The notes below the pieces were generated by a model. That model searched no databases, had not been told where the DNA came from, and saw nothing but the letters and a program-made list of their open reading frames with translations. From Candidatus Eiseniibacteriota bacterium (GTDB lineage: Bacteria; Eisenbacteria; RBG-16-71-46; SZUA-252): a stretch of 64,000 bases of DNA. Each line of letters starts with the position of its first letter. Within the stretch, counting starts at the first letter, position 1. The position numbers and the translations under genes were made by a program. The stretch is from the NCBI GenBank assembly GCA_005893165.1, contig VBOR01000057.1:15408-79407 (forward strand). The letters are read 5' to 3'. Shown here piece after piece: positions 57,569-64,000 of this stretch.

Positions 57569-59490
57569 ACCCCGTATTTCGCCGCGTCCTTTCCCTGACC
57601 GTGGGAGGGATGCTTCTCGCCGCCGCGGCGGCGTATGCCCTGCAGTCCGGGGACATCATCAAGCAGGGCGTCGAGGCCTACCGGGCGGGGCAATACAAAC
57701 GCGCGCTCGAGCTCTTCACGCAGGCCCAGCGGCTGGATCCGGGCGGGGCCAAGCCGCACTACTTCATCGGGAGCGCCCTCGAGAAGGTGGAGGAGCCGGA
57801 CAGCGCCCGCGTCGAGTACGAGACCGCGATCCGGATCGATCCCAAGTACGTCGAGGCCCTGACCGGGCTTGGGAAGCTGCTCCGCAAGCAGGGAAAGGAA
57901 GAAGGGATCCAGAAGCTCGAGGAGGCCGTGAAGTACGGCCCCAAGGATGCGGGCGCCCTCTACGCGCTGGGTCTGGCCTACCTTCAAGACAAGCGCTGGG
58001 ACGACGCCTACAAGGTGTTCACCAAGGGCACCCTCTTGAAGCAGGGACGCGGAGCGTTCCTCGCGGGCCAGGCGCTCGCGCTCGAGGGTAAGGGAGAGAC
58101 GAAGAAGGCGGAGGAGATCTTCATCCGGGCGCGCGAGACCGATCCCAACAATCTTCGCATCCGGTTGGACATGGGCGGATTCTACGAGCGGCGGAAGATC
58201 CCCGTCCTCGCCGCGCCCGAATACGTGAAGGCTACCGAGCTCGATCCAAAGAACCCGGAGACCCACTACCTCGCCGGCCGCGCGCTGGTCGGGATGAACG
58301 AGTTCAACGCCGGGCTGAAGGAATACATGGCGGCCATCGCGGCGGATTCGTCCTACGCACCCGCCTATCTGGAGGCCGGGCGCCTGTATTACCGCGCCGG
58401 ACCGATCCACATGGCCGAGGCCGCCGAAAAGCTTCGCACCTACACGAGCCTCAAGCCGGACGACCCCCAGGGATACATGGAATTGGGCCGCGCGCTCGCG
58501 AAGAGCCAGAATCCCGACGATCGGCAGGCGGCGATTCCCATTCTCGAGAAGGCGTACGAGCAGAACCCCCAATCCTGCGAGGTGGCGGGAGCCCTGGGCA
58601 AGCTCTACTTCGAGCGCAATCCGCCCGACACGGAGAATGCCCTGAAGTACTACGACAAGTACGCGCAGTGCGCGGACACGCTCATGACCGCGGAGGAGCA
58701 TCTGCGCCTCGGCACGATGTACGTGGCCGCAAAGGACTCCTCGAAAGCCGTGCCGCAGCTCATGAAGGCCGTCCAGATGGACTCGACGAAGACCAAGGAC
58801 GCGGACTTCCAGCTCGGGTTCCTGTATTTCGCGCGAAGGGACTACGCCGGAGCGATTCCTTACTTCGAGGCGGCGCTTCGCGCGGACTCCGCATTCGTCC
58901 CCGCGCTCATGAACATCGGTCTTGCCGAGCTGGCGGTGAAGCAGCCGAACGTCGGAATCGCCTACCTTCGCCGTGCGCTCGATGTGAATCCCAAGGACAA
59001 TCGCCCGCGGATCTGGATCGGGCAGACCCTGACCTCGCTCGATTCGCTTCCGGAAGCGCTCGAGATGTACCAGCAGGCGATGGCCGCGGAGCCGGAGAAC
59101 GCGGAGGCCCAGCGCGGGGCGGGCGTGGTGCTCCTGCTCCAGAAGAACTGGGCCGACGCGATTCCCTCTCTCGAGAAGGCGGTGCAGCTCGAGCCGGAAA
59201 ACATCCAGGGTCACATCTGGCTCGCTCAGGCCTACTCCAACAGCGGCGACATTCCGAAGGCGAAGGCGGAATTCAACAAGGTCTTCGACCTGGATCCGAA
59301 CAACAAGGAAGCGGCGAAGGGTCTGGACTACATCCGGAAATACGAGGCGGCGAAAGCCGCGAAGCAGAGCGGGGCGACGAAGCCCGCCGAAGCCGCGAAG
59401 CAGAGCGGGACGGCGAAGCCCGCCGCGGACCCGAAGCAGGATAAGACCGCGATCAAGAGCGGGGCGGCCAAGAAGAGCGGCACGCCCTGA
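57565..59490 (+). CDS. exported multi-TPR protein with Lys/Ala-rich tail
   Basis: SD GGAGG, signal peptide ending AYA, many TPR units ending DP/NP/EP. Confidence 0.88.
   Translation: MNPVFRRVLSLTVGGMLLAAAAAYALQSGDIIKQGVEAYRAGQYKRALELFTQAQRLDPGGAKPHYFIGSALEKVEEPDSARVEYETAIRIDPKYVEALTGLGKLLRKQGKEEGIQKLEEAVKYGPKDAGALYALGLAYLQDKRWDDAYKVFTKGTLLKQGRGAFLAGQALALEGKGETKKAEEIFIRARETDPNNLRIRLDMGGFYERRKIPVLAAPEYVKATELDPKNPETHYLAGRALVGMNEFNAGLKEYMAAIAADSSYAPAYLEAGRLYYRAGPIHMAEAAEKLRTYTSLKPDDPQGYMELGRALAKSQNPDDRQAAIPILEKAYEQNPQSCEVAGALGKLYFERNPPDTENALKYYDKYAQCADTLMTAEEHLRLGTMYVAAKDSSKAVPQLMKAVQMDSTKTKDADFQLGFLYFARRDYAGAIPYFEAALRADSAFVPALMNIGLAELAVKQPNVGIAYLRRALDVNPKDNRPRIWIGQTLTSLDSLPEALEMYQQAMAAEPENAEAQRGAGVVLLLQKNWADAIPSLEKAVQLEPENIQGHIWLAQAYSNSGDIPKAKAEFNKVFDLDPNNKEAAKGLDYIRKYEAAKAAKQSGATKPAEAAKQSGTAKPAADPKQDKTAIKSGAAKKSGTP
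59354..59425 (+). repeat. 36-nt tandem duplication in the TPR tail
   Basis: Units 59354-59389 and 59390-59425, 34/36 identical, encoding AAKQSG(AT/TA)KPA. Confidence 0.8.
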
Positions 59491-59523
59491 CGGCGGCGAG
59501 GAGCCGCGGAGAGGGAGGAATCG

Positions 59524-59862
59524 ATGAGTCTGGATGTCCGAACGGTGGGGGACGTCACGATGCTCACCCCCAAGGGGATGCTCCTCGGGGGCAAGGAGAC
59601 GGACGAGCTCCAGTCCAAGATTCGCGAGCTGTCGGAGGCGGGAAACAAGAAGCTCCTCATCAATCTCGGGAACACCACCTTCATGAACAGCGTCTCGCTG
59701 GGCGTGCTGATCGGCGGCCACACGAGCTACGCCAAGCGGGGGGCGAAGATGAAGCTCGCCGCGGTGGACAAGAAGATCCAGAACATCTTCGTGGTGACCA
59801 AGCTCTCGCTGGTCTTCGACGTGTACGACACCGAGAAGGAGGCCCTGAAGAGTTTCGAGTAG
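59524..59862 (+). CDS. STAS-domain anti-sigma factor antagonist
   Basis: 112 aa; LLINLGNTTFMNSVSLGVLI, IFVVTKL, VYDTEKEAL; SD GAGGAA. Confidence 0.88.
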   Translation: MSLDVRTVGDVTMLTPKGMLLGGKETDELQSKIRELSEAGNKKLLINLGNTTFMNSVSLGVLIGGHTSYAKRGAKMKLAAVDKKIQNIFVVTKLSLVFDVYDTEKEALKSFE

Positions 59863-60032
59863 GATGGTGCCTGGAACAGGCATCCCTTGCCGGGCCGGGG
59901 AGCCTTGTAGCATACTGAGAGTCTGGCCCAATGCGGGGCCAGCGTGGAGCTTATGCGGTGCCCCTCGAGTCGTGTCGAGTCGGTACCGAACGAGTGACCG
60001 GCTCGCATCAACAATGATTGAAGGAGGTTTCG

Positions 60033-60755
60033 GTGAAACAGGGTTTGTTCATGACGATGGTGGCGGTCGTCGCGCTCGCAATCGCGATCGTGGTCTACAT
60101 GTTCCTGCCGGATTACATCCGGAAGGGCGGACCGCTCGTCGCGCTCCTCATCATGCTCTCCATCATGTCCGTGACGCTCACGTTCGAGCGGCTCTTCACG
60201 CTCAACCGCGCGCGCGGGAAGATGCCGGTCCCGGCGTTCATGCGCGAGATCCGGAAGAGGCTGGACTCCGGTGACATCGAGGGCGCGGCCGAGCTGTGCG
60301 CCAAGCAGCGGGGATCGCTGGCGAACGTGCTCCGGGCCGGGCTGGACCGCTACCTGGTCGTGCGCAACGTGAATCTCGATCTGAAGACGCGGATGGAAGA
60401 AGTGCAGAAGGCGATGGAAGAGGCGAACATGCTCGAAGTGCCGCTCCTCGAGCGCAATCTGATCGCGCTCGCGACGATCGCCTCGATCGCGACCATGGTG
60501 GGACTCCTCGGCACGGTCATCGGGATGATCCGCTCCTTCGCCGCGCTCGGCCAGACGGGCTCGGTCGACGCCGTCAAGCTGGCGCTCGGGATCTCCGAGG
60601 CGCTCATCAATACCGCCGGCGGTCTCTTCGTCGCGATCTTCTCGATCGTGCTCTACAACGTGTTCGTCACGATGATCGACAACTTCAACTACATGATGGA
60701 CGAGGCGACCGTGGAGGTCGTCGAGGTCCTCTCGATGAAAGAGGCGACGAAGTAA
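60033..60755 (+). CDS. exbB: MotA/TolQ/ExbB proton channel
   Basis: TIASIATMVGLLGTVIGMI, GISEALINTAGGL; SD AAGGAGG before GTG 60033. Confidence 0.9.
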   Translation: MKQGLFMTMVAVVALAIAIVVYMFLPDYIRKGGPLVALLIMLSIMSVTLTFERLFTLNRARGKMPVPAFMREIRKRLDSGDIEGAAELCAKQRGSLANVLRAGLDRYLVVRNVNLDLKTRMEEVQKAMEEANMLEVPLLERNLIALATIASIATMVGLLGTVIGMIRSFAALGQTGSVDAVKLALGISEALINTAGGLFVAIFSIVLYNVFVTMIDNFNYMMDEATVEVVEVLSMKEATK

Positions 60756-61199
60756 ATGGCCGCGAAGAAGATGCGCCGTATCGGAATCAAGATCGACATG
60801 ACGCCCATGGTGGACGTGGCGTTCCTGCTCCTGATCTTCTTCATGTCGACCTCGCAGTTCGATCCGCCGCAGAAGGTTCCGATCACGATCCCGGACAGCC
60901 ATTCGAACCTGAAAGTGCCGGAGTCCGACGTCATGACGATCGGCATCTCCAAGGAAAATCAGATCCTGTACCAGATCGGGAAGCAGCCGCAGGAGTACAC
61001 GGATATCGCGAACCTGGAGACGGTGGTGACCGGCGCGCGCCGCAGAAATCCCAGGCTACGCGTGGCCATCAAGGCGGACAAGGTCTCGGACTACGGGACC
61101 ATGGAAGACGTCATGGCGGTAATGCAGAAAACGAACACGATCACCTTCAGCCTGGTCACCGAGCTCATCGCGAGCAAGAAGAGTGCGATGAGCCACTAG
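60756..61199 (+). CDS. exbD: ExbD/TolR protein
   Basis: IDMTPMVDVAFLLLIFFM, IKADK. Confidence 0.9.
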   Translation: MAAKKMRRIGIKIDMTPMVDVAFLLLIFFMSTSQFDPPQKVPITIPDSHSNLKVPESDVMTIGISKENQILYQIGKQPQEYTDIANLETVVTGARRRNPRLRVAIKADKVSDYGTMEDVMAVMQKTNTITFSLVTELIASKKSAMSH

Positions 61200-61236
61200 G
61201 CTCAACGAAGGATCGACTGGAAGGAGCGTTGTTCCC

Positions 61237-61749
61237 ATGGGTGCGGTAGACACCCCTGAATCAGGCGTAAAACACAAAAAGGGCCGGAGACGGAAGCCCA
61301 AGCGCATCGGGATCAAGATCGACATGACCCCGATGGTCGACGTGGCCTTCCTGCTCCTGATTTTCTTCATGTGCACCACGGTGTTCCGCAAGCCGCAGGC
61401 GCTCGAGATCAACCTTCCCCCCGACCCGAACGCCAAGGTGGAGATCGCGGAATCGAATGTGATGACGCTCCGGGTCGTGGCGGGTCCAGATAGCACGCGC
61501 GGTGACGTGCGCGCGTTCTGGAGGATCGCCAAGGATCCGTTCCAGGAAGTGAACGTGGAGAAGCTGCAGCCCATCTTCGAGACCGAGGTGAAGAAGAACT
61601 CGAAGCTGGTCGTGCTCGTGAAAATCGACCGCAAGGCGAAGTACCGGTACATGGTCGACATCATCGACCAGCTCCAGTTCGCCGAGCTGAACCGCTTCTC
61701 GCTGGCGCCGCTCTTGCCTGAGGAGAAGAAGGAGGTCGAGGCGCTGTGA
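61237..61749 (+). CDS. exbD: ExbD/TolR protein (second)
   Basis: IDMTPMVDVAFLLLIFFM, Y-x2-MVDIID. Confidence 0.9.
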   Translation: MGAVDTPESGVKHKKGRRRKPKRIGIKIDMTPMVDVAFLLLIFFMCTTVFRKPQALEINLPPDPNAKVEIAESNVMTLRVVAGPDSTRGDVRAFWRIAKDPFQEVNVEKLQPIFETEVKKNSKLVVLVKIDRKAKYRYMVDIIDQLQFAELNRFSLAPLLPEEKKEVEAL

Positions 61750-62477
61750 CGGCGACCCGAGCAGTGACCACGCCGGACTTCACGGACACGAGCGAGCGCA
61801 TCCCGATCGGCGCCGCCGATCTGAAGGCGAACGCGCAGCGTCTGCTCCGCAAGGCGCTCATCATCTCCGCGGCGATCCACCTGGGGCTGATCGGGATCTA
61901 CGTGGCCACGACGATCTGGAAGCCCAGGGACGAGGTCGAGTACACGGGTCGCGTGATCCGCATGCAGACCCTGCCGCCTCCTCCGCCGCTCTCGAACGCG
62001 CCCCCGCCGCCCGTGATCCCGAACCAGCCCATCGTGAAGCCCACGATCGGAACGCCCGTGCCCGTGGCGGACGCGCTGGCTCCCGAGCAGACGATCATGA
62101 CGCAGCAGGAGATCTCCGCGCTCAACTCGCCGGTCGGCGTGAGCGGCTCGGGGAAGGACAGCCTCGTGATCGCGTCTTCCGACGACATGCCCTCGGAAGG
62201 GGAGTTCGTCTACTACGAGGACGAGCCCGTGCCGGTGACGCGGGTGGAGCCCGCGTATCCAGAATTCGCGCGGGAGGCGCAGATCCAGGGCAAGGTGGTC
62301 CTCCACGTCCTCGTGGGGAAAGACGGCAGGGTCAAGAACGTGAAGGTGATCAAGGGCGTGACCGGGCTCAACGAGGAGGCCGTGAAAGCCATCCAGAAGT
62401 GGGTCTTCAAGCCGGCGCTCAGCAACAACAAGCCGGTCGCGGTCTGGGTCGAAGTCCCCATGGATTTCCACTTCTGA
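61746..62477 (+). CDS. tonB: TonB energy transducer
   Basis: TM with S-x3-H (ISAAIHL), Pro-rich linker, YPEFAREAQIQGKV, WVFKPA. Confidence 0.9.
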   Translation: MTATRAVTTPDFTDTSERIPIGAADLKANAQRLLRKALIISAAIHLGLIGIYVATTIWKPRDEVEYTGRVIRMQTLPPPPPLSNAPPPPVIPNQPIVKPTIGTPVPVADALAPEQTIMTQQEISALNSPVGVSGSGKDSLVIASSDDMPSEGEFVYYEDEPVPVTRVEPAYPEFAREAQIQGKVVLHVLVGKDGRVKNVKVIKGVTGLNEEAVKAIQKWVFKPALSNNKPVAVWVEVPMDFHF

Positions 62478-62484
62478 CGTTCGT

Positions 62485-62514
62485 GCGCGGCGTGAGGCCG
62501 CGCTTCGTTTCCTT
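62485..62514 (+). terminator. intrinsic terminator after tonB
   Basis: GCGCGGC-gtgag-GCCGCGC followed by TTCGTTTCCTT. Confidence 0.6.
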
Positions 62515-62543
62515 TTGACACCCCGAGGGCTCGGAGCTAGTCT
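62515..62543 (+). promoter_or_regulatory. sigma70 promoter, leaderless or near-leaderless
   Basis: TTGACA-17nt-TAGTCT, 8 nt before ATG 62552. Confidence 0.6.
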
Positions 62544-62551
62544 CCCGGGAC

Positions 62552-63346
62552 ATGGCCGCACGCCTCAAGCTACGATTCCCCAAGCGGTTCCGGACTGCGC
62601 TCGTGGCCTTCGCCGTGCTCCTCATCGCGGCCGCAGCCTGGGCCAAGACCGGTGTCGAGGGCCCGATCCCGAACGAGAGCGGTCTGGTCGAGCTCTACGT
62701 CACGGGCGGCGTCTTCATGCACCCCATCCTCCTCTGCTCGGTCCTCGGGCTCGCGATCATTCTGGAGCGGCTCTACTACTTCGCGAAGGCGCGCACCGAT
62801 ACCCGCAGGCTCATGGGGGAGCTGCTCCACGTGCTGCAGGATCAAGGATTCGAGCCGGCACAGCGGATGCTCCACTCCAAGCGCGGACCGATCGCCGCGG
62901 TCCTCCACTCGGGGCTGCTTCGCGCCAAGAAGGGTCCCGAGGCGGTGGAGAAGGCCATCGAGACCGCCGCGTCCATCCAGACGGCCGGGCTGGAGCGCGG
63001 CCTCATCTGGCTGGCCACCGTCGCGAACATCGCCCCCCTCCTGGGATTCCTGGGCACGGTCTCGGGAATGATCCACGCCTTCGAGGCGATCGCGGCGGCG
63101 GAGGAGGTTTCCGCCAAGCTGGTGGCCACCGGGATCTACGAGGCGCTGATCACCACCGCGGCGGGACTGATCGTGGCGATCCCGGTGCAGACGGCGCACA
63201 ACTACTTCGTCTCCCGCATCGACAAGTTCGTGATCGACATGGAAGAATCGGGGGCGGAGCTCATCGACGCCCTCGCCACCTATTCGCGCCAGTGGGAGAC
63301 GTTCCTGTCGACGCTGAAGCCGCCCAGCGCCCCGATTCCGCGATGA
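62552..63346 (+). CDS. exbB: MotA/TolQ/ExbB proton channel (second, with signal-peptide-like N-terminus)
   Basis: GGVFMHPI, APLLGFLGTVSGMI, GIYEALITTAAGL. Confidence 0.9.
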   Translation: MAARLKLRFPKRFRTALVAFAVLLIAAAAWAKTGVEGPIPNESGLVELYVTGGVFMHPILLCSVLGLAIILERLYYFAKARTDTRRLMGELLHVLQDQGFEPAQRMLHSKRGPIAAVLHSGLLRAKKGPEAVEKAIETAASIQTAGLERGLIWLATVANIAPLLGFLGTVSGMIHAFEAIAAAEEVSAKLVATGIYEALITTAAGLIVAIPVQTAHNYFVSRIDKFVIDMEESGAELIDALATYSRQWETFLSTLKPPSAPIPR

Positions 63347-63750
63347 AGATCCTCAAACGGCGGCACCCTCACCCCGAGATTCCGCTCGTCTCCACGGCGG
63401 ACGTGTCGTTCCTGCTCCTGATCTTCTTCCTGTCCACGACCATCTTCGCGACGCAGCGGGGCATATCCCTCGAGCTGCCGGGTCCGGGGGGGCGCGCGCT
63501 CCTGGTTTCGGCCACGAAGACGGCGCACGCGTTCGTGGCCGCCGATGAATCGGTGACGCTCGACGGCGTGGCCGTGCCGCTCGCCTCGCTGGCGGGCGCG
63601 ATCCGCCTGAAGCTCCGGGAGACGCCCGATCTTCTCCTCTCGCTCCGGGTCGATCCCGCGGCCCCGTACGCCGCGCTGGTGAGCGCGCTCGATCAGGTCA
63701 AGCTCGCGGGCGTGCGCCAGGTCTCGATCGAGACGGGGGACGGATCGTGA
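63343..63750 (+). CDS. exbD: ExbD/TolR protein (third)
   Basis: STADVSFLLLIFFL, RVDPAAPY; ATGA-coupled. Confidence 0.85.
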   Translation: MKILKRRHPHPEIPLVSTADVSFLLLIFFLSTTIFATQRGISLELPGPGGRALLVSATKTAHAFVAADESVTLDGVAVPLASLAGAIRLKLRETPDLLLSLRVDPAAPYAALVSALDQVKLAGVRQVSIETGDGS

Positions 63751-64000
63751 AGATCCGGCGTCGCGCGCGTCACCACAACGCGATCCCGACCGCATCGATG
63801 GCGGACATCGCGATGCTCCTGCTCATCTTTTTCCTGAGCACCACGATCTTCAAGGCGCGCGAGGCGCTCTCGGTGCATTTGCCCGGAGCCACCACGGGGG
63901 AGCATTTCCGCAGGGAAGAGGCCATCCGCGTGTGGGTGGGACCGCGCGGGGAAGTGGCCTTCAACGACGCCTCCGTTCCCATGGAGCTCGTCGGGACCGT
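63747..64000 (+). CDS. exbD: ExbD/TolR protein (fourth, runs off the window)
   Basis: GTG 63747; IPTASMADIAMLLLIFFLSTT; open to the window end. Confidence 0.8.
   Translation, partial: MKIRRRARHHNAIPTASMADIAMLLLIFFLSTTIFKAREALSVHLPGATTGEHFRREEAIRVWVGPRGEVAFNDASVPMELVGT

Noticed and set aside
59863-60032. Several short hairpins before exbB as a riboswitch
   Set aside because: No cobalamin, TPP or other known aptamer motif visible; short GC stems are expected by chance.
1-64000. CRISPR arrays, tRNA/rRNA genes, IS elements, prophage or defence genes
   Set aside because: No repeat-spacer pattern, tRNA-like fold, transposase, integrase or phage gene was seen; intergenic gaps are short.

Overview
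GC-rich, gene-dense, mostly + strand housekeeping and envelope region of a diderm bacterium, probably a metagenome-assembled FCB-affiliated lineage. That placement is inferred from the lpxC-fabZ fusion, the exbB-exbD-exbD-tonB cluster with PstS-like and TPR genes, and the mcsA-mcsB-clpC-bamA order. Contents: tRNA/translation genes (cca, rsfS, argS, truA, lysS, asnS), purine genes (purM, purB, purL, purQ, a tandem PurS-like gene, purF), lipoprotein and outer-membrane biogenesis (lnt, lolCE/D, bamA, skp), lipid A/LPS genes (lpxD, lpxC-fabZ, lpxA, gnnA-like, lpxB, waaA, lpxK, msbA, two GT9 genes), nadB, tdh-kbl, and two Ton/Tol motor clusters. I found no tRNA, rRNA, CRISPR array or mobile element. 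About nine genes lack an internal block of roughly 35-70 codons (sizes estimated from remembered family consensus), most with a frameshift; this most likely reflects scaffolding or mis-join errors. The best candidates for novelty are: (1) a histidine kinase and an HD-GYP protein sharing one membrane sensor domain, with a sigma54 promoter and a receiver-less activator; (2) an orphan MshEN-PilB/GspE ATPase behind a sigma28-like promoter; (3) a TPR/Zn-finger plus DUF4388/pilin-like membrane module; (4) a PstS-like/TPR/STAS unit fused to a Ton motor operon; (5) a single-chain tandem PurS; (6) a symmetric bidirectional leaderless promoter; (7) two structured intergenic RNA candidates. All family assignments come from motif recognition by eye, not database searches.
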